Of a stretch of 64,000 bases of DNA, positions 32,211-40,423 are shown one piece after another. How positions within the stretch are numbered: position 1 is the stretch's first letter; every line of letters begins with the position of its first letter. Under the pieces are notes generated by a model. That model was given only the letters and a program-made list of their open reading frames with translations. It did no database searches and was not told the DNA's origin. A program made the translations under genes and the position numbers. The DNA lies in NCBI GenBank assembly GCA_036676985.1, contig JAKFBU010000027.1, positions 128,001 to 192,000 on the forward strand. Reading direction: 5' to 3'. The DNA comes from Candidatus Sericytochromatia bacterium. Its GTDB lineage: Bacteria > Cyanobacteriota > Sericytochromatia > S15B-MN24 > UBA4093.

Positions 32211-32972
32211 CTAAGATCCCGCCAGCTCCCTCAGCACGCGGTCGATGAGGCGGCGGGACGGATTGAGCACCATGTCCATGTGGCTCAGGTCGGGCATCAC
32301 GACCTTTCGGTGGGACGTGCCCGCGGGGACGGCAAGCTTGGTGACGGCGTCGTTCTCGACCTCGAGGACGCGCTCGAGGGCGGGCGCCTTTTTCACGAAC
32401 TGCCCCATGTCGGGCAGGTGCGTCTCGAGCATGATCATGCCCTCCACCGGGACGCCCTGACGCTTCAGCTGCTCGGCGACCTCGCCGCCCATCTTGGAGC
32501 CGTAGCTGTGGCCCAGCAGGAAGACTCGCTCGCCCCGGCGCAAGGGTGCTGCCTGGAGGTCGGAAGCGATGCCCTGCATGATGCGGCGCTCGCTCTTGTG
32601 GGTGATGGGGTCCGTGAAGGGCTGCAGGAGGGCGGCGAGGCCGGACTTGGAGGCATAGGGAACAGGGACGGCACGGCCGACGCCTGCCTTCTCGAGCATG
32701 GAGGCCCAGGGCTTGAGCCAGGCAGCACCCTGCTCGGCCACGCCGGGCCAGACGATCCCCGGAACGAGGTAGACTCGCACGTCCTTGAGCTTGGCTTCGA
32801 GGTTGGACGAGAGGCGCAGGGAATCCTTGGCGAGGGTGGGCAGGCGGGTGATACCCTCACCGCCATAGCGGAAGCGCCGCTCGGAACCCGCCAAGCGCTC
32901 GGAGAGCTCGTTCATCGCACGACCGAAGCGGTCGGCGAGGCTCCTTCCGGCTTGTGCGCTTCCGATCGACAT
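32211..32972 (-). CDS. Alpha/beta hydrolase, thioesterase-like
   Basis: LLGHSYG nucleophile elbow, V.GMIMLET, C-terminal SHMDM. Confidence 0.7.
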   Translation of the reverse strand: MSIGSAQAGRSLADRFGRAMNELSERLAGSERRFRYGGEGITRLPTLAKDSLRLSSNLEAKLKDVRVYLVPGIVWPGVAEQGAAWLKPWASMLEKAGVGRAVPVPYASKSGLAALLQPFTDPITHKSERRIMQGIASDLQAAPLRRGERVFLLGHSYGSKMGGEVAEQLKRQGVPVEGMIMLETHLPDMGQFVKKAPALERVLEVENDAVTKLAVPAGTSHRKVVMPDLSHMDMVLNPSRRLIDRVLRELAGS

Positions 32973-33212
32973 GCGGAACTCCCCCTTTCTTCCCGAGGAC
33001 GTTGTCGGGCGCCGCCCGCTCGTCCTTGCAGCGCATGGTCGAAATTTAAGCAGGTGTTAACTCACATGGCGACCGTACGTTCCGTGCTCCGCGCCGCATC
33101 TCACGATCAGCCGACGTTCGATCGCATGGAAAGCGCTCGTGACACCTATTTTGAATTTGGGTAGAGCATGATTAGTGGCTTCTAATCCCCGCGTCCGGAA
33201 AGGACCCTTCCC

Positions 33213-33947
33213 TTGAGATTGATTGGCAGCGTCACCACCCCGAAAGAGCTCACCGAAACCCAGCGCGACCGCATGTACGAGCTGATGGCCGCGCACTTCG
33301 ACAACGTGGCGCGCGACACCTTCGAATCGGACCTCTCCGAGAAGCGCTGGGTGGTGCTGCTGCGCGATCGCGTCCTCGGAGAGATCCAGGGCTTCTCGAC
33401 GCTCATGCTGCTGGACGCGGTGGTCGCGGGCGAGCCCATCAAGGCCGTCTTCTCGGGCGACACCATCGTGCACCGGGAGTACTGGGGCGAGACCGAGCTG
33501 GCGAGCGTCTGGGGGAAGTTCATCTTCTCCCTGATCCACTCCTATCGCGGCACGAAGTTCTACTGGTTCCTCATCTCGAAGGGCTACCGGACTTACAAGT
33601 TCCTGCCGGTGTACTTCAAGGACTTCTATCCGCGCTACGATCGCGAAACGCCGGAGTTCGAGGCGGAGCTCATGGCGACGCTCGCGGACCTCAAGTTCCC
33701 CGGACACTACGACCGGGAGCGCGGGATCCTGCGCTTCGACGGCTCCAAGGACCGCTTAAACCACGACCTGGCGGAGGTCAGCGAGCTGCGGCTGAACCAC
33801 CCGCACACGCGCTTCTTCCACGCGAAGAACCCGGGCTACGTCGACGGTGACGAGCTCGTGTGCCTGGCCGAGCTGACAGAGGAGAACCTCCAGTCCATCG
33901 CCCTGCGGATCCTGGCCCGGGGGGCGGAGAAGACGGCCATTTCCTAG
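33213..33947 (+). CDS. GNAT-like hypothetical protein (GH3-associated)
   Basis: GFSTL, FSGDTIVHREYWG, WFLISKGYRTY, NPGY..GDEL; TTG start. Confidence 0.65.
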   Translation: MRLIGSVTTPKELTETQRDRMYELMAAHFDNVARDTFESDLSEKRWVVLLRDRVLGEIQGFSTLMLLDAVVAGEPIKAVFSGDTIVHREYWGETELASVWGKFIFSLIHSYRGTKFYWFLISKGYRTYKFLPVYFKDFYPRYDRETPEFEAELMATLADLKFPGHYDRERGILRFDGSKDRLNHDLAEVSELRLNHPHTRFFHAKNPGYVDGDELVCLAELTEENLQSIALRILARGAEKTAIS

Positions 33948-33975
33948 GGGCTGCCCGCACGTCCGGAGGGCACGG

Positions 33976-34089
33976 TCCTGGACCCCCGCATTCGCGAGGG
34001 TGACGGACCGGTCACTAACGCTCGAAACGTACTCACAAGTAGACCTGAGTTGGCGCTCCCGTCACCCTCGCGAAAGCGGGGGTCCAGGA
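33976..34089. repeat. Inverted doublet of CGTC-type REP palindromes (copy 2)
   Basis: 33976-34006 TCCTGGACCCCCGCATTCGCGAGGGTGACGG and 34054-34089 CGCTCCCGTCACCCTCGCGAAAGCGGGGGTCCAGGA. Confidence 0.8.
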
Positions 34090-34104
34090 TTGGGTCTACG
34101 AGCA

Positions 34105-34157
34105 CAACCTAAGCAGAGAGGGCTTCCCGATTCGGGAAGCCCTCTCTGCTTAGGTTG
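34105..34157. terminator. Perfect 26-bp inverted repeat, probable bidirectional terminator
   Basis: CAACCTAAGCAGAGAGGGCTTCCCGA-T-TCGGGAAGCCCTCTCTGCTTAGGTTG between convergent genes. Confidence 0.7.
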
Positions 34158-34168
34158 GTGGCTGACGC

Positions 34169-35257
34169 CTAGTTGCCGTAGAAGCGCTTCATGCCGCTGT
34201 AGGCCGCCTCGTACTTGTTGCTGGCGTTCCACATCATGTAGCCGACAGCCTTCTCGTCACGGGCCGCCTTCATCTGGGTGGTGACGTAGTGGGGGCCGAA
34301 GTTGGAGACGCGCCAGGGGAAGGCCTGGAGCCAGGGACGGATCGTGACGCCCGAGCCCTCCGTGACCTTGGCAAGACGCTTCACGCCGCTGCCGACGAAG
34401 TAGTAGGGCTCGTTTGCCGGGTTCTTGTACTTGTCGAAGCCGGGGCCGAAGTGCGACGGGTACACCATCGGGCAGATGAAGTCGGTGTGCTTCGCCAGAT
34501 CCTGGACGCGCTGGCCCGTGATCCGCTCGTCGATGTTCTGCTGCCAGGCGATGACGCCGTAAACGTCAATGCTGACGAGCTTGCCGGCCGCATGGACCTC
34601 GTTGGAGGCGCGCTTGAGGAAGCCCGTGATGACCGTGTGCTTGGGGGTCTTCTCGGGATCGAAGCCGTAGGCGATCTCCTTGACCTTGCCCTGGGCCGGG
34701 TAGCGGATGTAGTCGAACTGGATCTCGTCCACGCCGAGGGCGAGGAGCTCCTTGGCGAGGTCCAGGTTGTACTGCTGGACCGCGGGCAGGTTGGGGTTGG
34801 ACCATGCCGGCTTGCCCTTCTCGAGGAAGAGGCCGCCCGACTTGGTCTTGAGGGCCAGATCCGGGCGCTTCTTGGCGAGGATCGGGTCATGGAACAGGCA
34901 AATGCGGCTCACGACGTGGATGCCGTTGGCCTTGAGGTAGTCCACGCGCTTCTTGATGTCGCGCAGCGGCCCCTCCTTGGAGGCGCCGATCTCCTTGGCG
35001 AGGGGGACGTTCGTCGGGTACGACACGATGCCGTCCTCGTTCTTGCCGTCGAAGACGACGGTGTTGCCACCGGACTTCTTGAGCCCGTCGACCAGCTTGT
35101 AGAAGCGATCAATCTGCATGGAGGTCGCGGTCAGGTAGATGCCGCGGGCCTCGAAGTTCTTGGACTTCTGGGCGGCCAGGGCGGAGGGGGTGGCGACGGA
35201 GGTGAATGCGATCGCGCCGATCAGGGCGGAAAGCCCAATACGGGTGACGGTGTTCAT
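34169..35257 (-). CDS. Secreted putative glycoside hydrolase (DUF4015-like TIM barrel)
   Basis: Signal peptide; RGIYLT, GVDEIQFDYIRYP, SIDVYG, PMVYPSH, RPWLQAF, WNASNKY. Confidence 0.85.
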   Translation of the reverse strand: MNTVTRIGLSALIGAIAFTSVATPSALAAQKSKNFEARGIYLTATSMQIDRFYKLVDGLKKSGGNTVVFDGKNEDGIVSYPTNVPLAKEIGASKEGPLRDIKKRVDYLKANGIHVVSRICLFHDPILAKKRPDLALKTKSGGLFLEKGKPAWSNPNLPAVQQYNLDLAKELLALGVDEIQFDYIRYPAQGKVKEIAYGFDPEKTPKHTVITGFLKRASNEVHAAGKLVSIDVYGVIAWQQNIDERITGQRVQDLAKHTDFICPMVYPSHFGPGFDKYKNPANEPYYFVGSGVKRLAKVTEGSGVTIRPWLQAFPWRVSNFGPHYVTTQMKAARDEKAVGYMMWNASNKYEAAYSGMKRFYGN

Positions 35258-35461
35258 GGAGTCCTCATCGGATGATAGGGGGGTGGCAGGTGGGCCATTC
35301 GGGCCACCCCTCTTATACCGCAAGGCGATCGAGTTTACTAGCGCCGTGACGATTCGGCGGCAAGAGTTAATGTTTTGGCAACCTTTCGGTCCTCCGCCCG
35401 CTCCATGGGCCTGATGCTAAGCTAAGATCCGGACCGGGACATGGCTCCAAGGAGGGCGCAA

Positions 35462-35902
35462 ATGGGCAACCTGGCCAAGACGGCGGTGGTAGCCGTTCTT
35501 GTCGGCTCGCTCACCGGGTGCTACGGCATCCGCTACAACGCGAGCTCGCTTCCCGATGACGCCGCGAGCATGACCTCCGTCTCCACGGGGATCGAGGGCC
35601 GCCACTTCGTCACCAAGCGGAAGGTCTCGTATCTCTTCTGGGGCCTCTTGCCCCTTTCCAGCCTGGATCTCGCGCAGGTGATCCGCCAGGAGGCTGGCCA
35701 GCGCCGCGCAGTGAACCTCCAGATCCAGTCCGCGATGGCGCCCATGGATGGCCTGATCTGGGTGGGCGGCGGCGTGGCCGCGACCACCCTGCTCTCGCTG
35801 GTGGGGTTAGCCGCGGTGGGGCCGCTCGTCGGCATGGCCCTCGTGCCCCACACCCAGACCATCACCATCGAGGGGGATCTGATCCAGGAAGGCGGGCGTT
35901 GA
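35462..35902 (+). CDS. Bor/Iss-like lipoprotein
   Basis: Lipobox LTGC; SYLFWGL; C-terminal P.T.TIEG. Confidence 0.55.
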   Translation: MGNLAKTAVVAVLVGSLTGCYGIRYNASSLPDDAASMTSVSTGIEGRHFVTKRKVSYLFWGLLPLSSLDLAQVIRQEAGQRRAVNLQIQSAMAPMDGLIWVGGGVAATTLLSLVGLAAVGPLVGMALVPHTQTITIEGDLIQEGGR

Positions 35903-35912
35903 GCCCAAACGA

Positions 35913-35944
35913 TCGAGGGCCCGCTCATTTGAGCGGGCCCTCGA
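35913..35944. terminator. Hairpin between convergent genes
   Basis: TCGAGGGCCCGCTCA-TT-TGAGCGGGCCCTCGA. Confidence 0.7.
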
Positions 35945-35954
35945 AAGGTCGGTG

Positions 35955-37592
35955 TTACTCGCTGTAGACGACCTGGGACGGCTTGCGCATCAGGCGGCGA
36001 TTGCCGTACCGGTTACGCGACGAGCGGCGCTCGCTGGCGTCGTCCTTACCCTCGGCGTCCGCGGGTTGCTGGTCGAGCAGCCGGCGACCGGTCGACGACT
36101 GGCTCAATAGGGCCGCGACGAGGCGCTCCGCGTCGGTCTGCCGCAGCAACTCCTGGGCGATGGCGCGGTAGGCATCCGCCTGACCGTTCGCCGCCTGCAG
36201 GATGGCGTCGGCCGAGACCTTGGGGCGGGCCGGGCGTTGCTCCTGCTGACGGGGAGCCTCACTGCGCCGACCGCGCTCCCGGGGCTCCGCGCCCTGCTGG
36301 CGCTGAGACTCGGGGCGCCGCACGTCCCGGGCGGCCTCCGGGCGACGCTCCTCGCGAGCGGGTTCGGGGCGCCGCTCCTCGCGGGCCGGACGCGCCGCCT
36401 CGGGCTTGCGCTCGACCGGGGGACGCGCCGCAGGCGCCTTGCGTTCCGCCTGAGGGGCGGGTTCGCCCTGCTTGCGGGCGGCCTCCGCCTGCTTGCGGGC
36501 GCTATCGGCCAGGTCCTGCTGGATCTTGGCGAACGAGCGGTCTTCTTCCTGCGTGACGAGCGTGATGCAGACGCCCTTCTTGCCCGCGCGGCCCGTGCGG
36601 CCCGAGCGGTGGACGTAGGTCTCGGTGTCCTGCGGGACCGTCAGGTTGAAGACGTGCGAGATGCCGTTGATGTCCAGGCCGCGGGCCGCCACGTCGGTGG
36701 CGACCAGGATGTTGATCTCGCGCCGCTTGAACTGGTCCATGGTCGCGTTGCGCTGGGCCTGGTTCATGTCGCCGTTGAGGAAGCCGGCCCTGACGCCCGC
36801 CGCCTTGAGCTTGCGGGCGACGCTCGACGTCTCGCTCTTGCGCTTGCAGAAGACGAACGCCATCTCGGGCGGCTCCTTCTGCAAGATGGTGATGAGGGCG
36901 TCGATGCGGTTGGACTCGCTGACCCGCACGAAGCGGTGCGTGATGTCCGTGGGGGTGGTCAGGCCGCTGCTGACGGCGATCTTCTCGGCGTTGCGCATGT
37001 ACTTGCGCGCGATGTTCTCGATGACCTTGGGGAAGGTGGCGGAGAACAGCAGCGTGGTCCGGGGCTGGGGAACGGCGTCCAGCAGGAACTCCAGGTCGTC
37101 CTTGAAGCCCATGTCGAGCATCTCATCCGCCTCGTCCAGTACGACGGTCTTGCAGCTGTTGAGGTTGAGGTTCCCGCGGGAAATGTGGTCGCGCAGGCGT
37201 CCCGGGGTTCCGACGATGACCGAGGCCCACGCGAGGTCCGTCATCTGGGTGTCCATCTTGATCCCGCCGTAGATGGCGGCCACCAGCACGCCCAGGTGTC
37301 CGCCGATCTTGTTGATCTCCTCGGCGACCTGGATGGCCAGCTCGCGCGTAGGCGTGATGATGAGGACCTGGGTGTCCGGGTTGGTGGGGTCGAGGTTGGC
37401 GAGGATCGGAAGTCCGAAGGCGAGGGTCTTACCGGAACCGGTCTTGGCCTGGACCAGCAGGTCCTTGCCCTTCAGGACCTCGGGAATGGCCGCCGCTTGG
37501 ACCGGGGTCGGCTTGGTGAACCCCATGGTGCGAACCCCGTCGAGGATTCCGGGCGGCAGATCGAAGTCATCAAACGTCATGATTTCTGGCAA
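35955..37592 (-). CDS. DEAD-box RNA helicase (DeaD/CshA-like)
   Basis: Q motif PTPVQ, AKTGSGKT, PTRELA, TPGR, DEAD, SAT, ARGLD, HRSGRTGR; alternative ATG at 37580. Confidence 0.95.
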   Translation of the reverse strand: MPEIMTFDDFDLPPGILDGVRTMGFTKPTPVQAAAIPEVLKGKDLLVQAKTGSGKTLAFGLPILANLDPTNPDTQVLIITPTRELAIQVAEEINKIGGHLGVLVAAIYGGIKMDTQMTDLAWASVIVGTPGRLRDHISRGNLNLNSCKTVVLDEADEMLDMGFKDDLEFLLDAVPQPRTTLLFSATFPKVIENIARKYMRNAEKIAVSSGLTTPTDITHRFVRVSESNRIDALITILQKEPPEMAFVFCKRKSETSSVARKLKAAGVRAGFLNGDMNQAQRNATMDQFKRREINILVATDVAARGLDINGISHVFNLTVPQDTETYVHRSGRTGRAGKKGVCITLVTQEEDRSFAKIQQDLADSARKQAEAARKQGEPAPQAERKAPAARPPVERKPEAARPAREERRPEPAREERRPEAARDVRRPESQRQQGAEPRERGRRSEAPRQQEQRPARPKVSADAILQAANGQADAYRAIAQELLRQTDAERLVAALLSQSSTGRRLLDQQPADAEGKDDASERRSSRNRYGNRRLMRKPSQVVYSE

Positions 37593-37778
37593 AAGTCGTT
37601 GCCACTCCTTTGTGATCAGCTCCAGCCGGCACGGCCGTTCGTTCGGCGGCCTGGCGAGCTCGTCGGGAGGGGATCCGGGGCCGTTTGGGACGGCCGATAG
37701 CTACTCCCCGTCGCTTAACACTATAGCACGAGGCCGGATAACCCGCGAAGCATCAAGCAGTACCGGCATCGCCGCCGT

Positions 37779-38072
37779 CTACTCCTCGATGTCGAGGATG
37801 ACGCGGTGCTCCATGATCGGCGTGAGATAGGTCGCGAGCGCCTCGACATGGGCGGGGTGCTGCAGGTAGCGCCCCACGGCATGCATGTCGTCGAAGGTGG
37901 CGTTCAGGACGTACGAGACGCTCGGGTCCCGATCCGTCAGGTTGGGGCAGACCGAGAGGGTCCGGATCTCGGGGATCTCTTCGGCAAGGGCCCGGAAGGC
38001 GGCCAGGAAGCATGTGACCTGCTCGGGGGTCGTGTCAGGCTTGAATCGGAAGCCGACGATGTGGCGGATCAT
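37779..38072 (-). CDS. Dabb (stress-responsive alpha/beta barrel) protein
   Basis: MIRHIV.FRFK..Y..HPAH. Confidence 0.85.
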   Translation of the reverse strand: MIRHIVGFRFKPDTTPEQVTCFLAAFRALAEEIPEIRTLSVCPNLTDRDPSVSYVLNATFDDMHAVGRYLQHPAHVEALATYLTPIMEHRVILDIEE

Positions 38073-38197
38073 GGGGCGGTCTCCTTCGACGTCTTGGGGG
38101 CCATGTTACCCCGGAAAGCCGGGTTTTTGGATGTGAAGTTTCGCTACCGGTGCGCGCGTGACGCCCGCCATGCCTTATAATGACGGCAGGAGTAACC

Positions 38198-38803
38198 ATG
38201 ATGAGCCTGGCCACGCAAGAATGCCCGCCCATGACCTGCCTCAAGGCCCCCACCGACGAGCGGTGGCTCGAGCAGGTCCTACGGCATACCGAGCAGCTCT
38301 TGGCGGACCACGCGCACTGCGAGAAGAAGGCCGCGGCCACCGCCATGAGCCTCATCGCCCGGTATCCCGACGATCGGGTGCTGGTCCGCAGCATGCTCCA
38401 CCTGGCCCAGGAAGAGCTGGAGCACTTCGCCCGGCTCTACGCCATCCTCGAGGCCCGCGACATCCCCTTGGGACGCATCGAGAGCGATCGCTACGTCAAG
38501 GAACTGCTCGCGCTGTGCCGCCAGAACGGTGCGGAGCACCTCGTCGATCGCCTGCTCGTGCTCAGCCTGGTCGAGGCTCGGAGCTGCGAACGCTTCGTCC
38601 TCCTGGCCAGGCACTTGCCCGATCCGGAGCTGCAGACGCTCTATCATGAGCTCTCGTTCTCGGAGGCGGGCCATCATCAGTTGTTCGTGAACCTCGCCGG
38701 GCACCACCTGCCGAAGTCGGAGGTGGCCGCTCGCCTGGACGAGCTCACGACCCATGAGGCGGAGATCCTCCGCCGCCTACCCCCCGGCCCCCGAATGCAT
38801 TAG
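38198..38803 (+). CDS. miaE: tRNA-(ms2io6A) hydroxylase MiaE (ferritin-like diiron)
   Basis: DHAHCEKKAA, EELEHF, VEARSCERF, SEAGH. Confidence 0.9.
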   Translation: MMSLATQECPPMTCLKAPTDERWLEQVLRHTEQLLADHAHCEKKAAATAMSLIARYPDDRVLVRSMLHLAQEELEHFARLYAILEARDIPLGRIESDRYVKELLALCRQNGAEHLVDRLLVLSLVEARSCERFVLLARHLPDPELQTLYHELSFSEAGHHQLFVNLAGHHLPKSEVAARLDELTTHEAEILRRLPPGPRMH

Positions 38804-38830
38804 CATTCCAATTTCAGACTGGAGGCAGCT

Positions 38831-39238
38831 TTGAATCATCGCGCAATCGCCAAATTTCAGGATCCTGGCATCAAGGAGCAGTACCTCGAGAAGTACGGCG
38901 ATCCGCTCGAGGAGGTCTCGCCCCAGGATCTCATGGACCTGATGGAGAACCTCTGGCTCTCGACGCGCGGCAGCTACGCCACCCTGCGCGACTCCTTGAC
39001 CCGCAAGGGGATGGACCCCTGGACCAACCGTCAGGAACTGGCGCAGGCTTACTTCAAGGCCATGTACCTCCGCGAGCACGACCTGGACGAAGAATCCGAC
39101 AAGAGCAAGGTCGAGGACGTGACGGACTTCATCCGCGTTCGCATCCTGGACCACATCCGCGAGTTCCAGGCCATGGAAGCCGAGCAGGACGCGCGCTCGC
39201 GCGACAAGTTCGGCATCCGCATGCCCCGCGGCTACTAG
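38831..39238 (+). CDS. Hypothetical protein
   Basis: GGAGG RBS + TTG; strong codon bias; predicted helical. Confidence 0.7.
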   Translation: MNHRAIAKFQDPGIKEQYLEKYGDPLEEVSPQDLMDLMENLWLSTRGSYATLRDSLTRKGMDPWTNRQELAQAYFKAMYLREHDLDEESDKSKVEDVTDFIRVRILDHIREFQAMEAEQDARSRDKFGIRMPRGY

Positions 39239-39242
39239 GTAG

Positions 39243-39782
39243 CTAGCTGTTCAGCGGGCCGGAAGCGTCCCGCGCCGCCAGGTGGATCCTCCGCACGGAG
39301 GCCACCAGGCGTCCGAGCAGGTCCTCGAGGCAATCGTCGCTCTGAACGGTGATCCACATCTCGTCCTCGACGAGGGGCTCATCCGAGACGCGCCCGCCTT
39401 CCTCCTCAACCTGCTCGCGAATGGCCGCCTCCGTGGCGATGCGTCGCCCGGCGACCAACTCTGCGGCCACCAGGACCAAGACCCCGCGGCCGACGGCCGC
39501 CATGGGCTTGGCATCGATCTCGAACTGGGTCACGAACTCCAGGGCCGCCTCGTCCGCGACGAACCGCGACACGTAGGGCCCGTTCGGAATCACCAGCGCA
39601 TCGAACCACGTCTCGCTCGCCTCGCCGGGGCGCATGTCCGCGGTCTCCGCTTCCCCCTCAGAGGGACCGATCACGTAGACCTCCGCCCCCTCCCGGCACA
39701 GCCCGGAGCGAAGGGCCTCCAGCGCCCGATCTCCATGCGCGGCGGTCCCCAGGACCGCGATCGTCTTGCCGTCGAGGGTCAT
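39243..39782 (-). CDS. DJ-1/PfpI family protein, catalytic Cys absent
   Basis: GKTIAVL, FDALVIPNG, KPMAAVGRG in place of AICHG. Confidence 0.7.
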   Translation of the reverse strand: MTLDGKTIAVLGTAAHGDRALEALRSGLCREGAEVYVIGPSEGEAETADMRPGEASETWFDALVIPNGPYVSRFVADEAALEFVTQFEIDAKPMAAVGRGVLVLVAAELVAGRRIATEAAIREQVEEEGGRVSDEPLVEDEMWITVQSDDCLEDLLGRLVASVRRIHLAARDASGPLNS

Positions 39783-39819
39783 GGGAGCTCCTCTGTGCGG
39801 CCGCTCCGCGGCTCATCGG

Positions 39820-40200
39820 TTAGTGGGAGTCGATGGCGATCTGCGCCTGCTGGGCGTCCTGGCGCCCCTTGTCGTCGATGACGCGGGCCGTGATGGTCAC
39901 CATCCCCGTCTGACCGAAGCCGTTGGTGGGGGCGGTCCACACGGGGCTGGGCACGCTGCCGTCCGAGAGCGTCCCCGCCGTGGCCTCCCAGCGGTAGGTC
40001 AACTTGGAATCGTCGGGGCTCTGGGCCGTCACGTGCAGGTTGACCACGCCGCCCGGGGCGACCCGGTTGGTCGGCACCTGAAGGGCCGTGATGCGCGGCC
40101 GCTTGCTGGCGTCGAAGGTCTGCTCGGGTGAAACGGAGCAGCCGGCGACCACTAGCCCGGTCACGACCAGTCCCATGCCAACGTTCCGCAAGACGCTCAT
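39820..40200 (-). CDS. Lipoprotein with single Ig/PKD-like domain
   Basis: Lipobox VAGC; LTYRW.A.AG, WTAP, V.D..G. Confidence 0.7.
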   Translation of the reverse strand: MSVLRNVGMGLVVTGLVVAGCSVSPEQTFDASKRPRITALQVPTNRVAPGGVVNLHVTAQSPDDSKLTYRWEATAGTLSDGSVPSPVWTAPTNGFGQTGMVTITARVIDDKGRQDAQQAQIAIDSH

Positions 40201-40423
40201 GCGGCTCCCCCTTCGGCTCACCTCTTGGTGGTTCCCGTCCGTCCGCGACGTCGCGGCCAGGACGCTCGCTCCCATCCTAGCCTTTCGAGCCCCCTGCTCG
40301 CAAGACTCCGGTGCCCTTCCCGTCGGGACGAAACGGCCAAAGAGGGGCGCGTCCCCCACCTGGCCGCCAAGACTTGGTAGAATGTAACGACGTCGTTACA
40401 TCTCGCCCCGGAGGGAACGCCAC

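Noticed and set aside
36300-36420. Short repeats (RRPE.AR) in the helicase C-terminus
   Set aside because: Low-complexity Arg-rich tails are normal for DEAD-box helicases.
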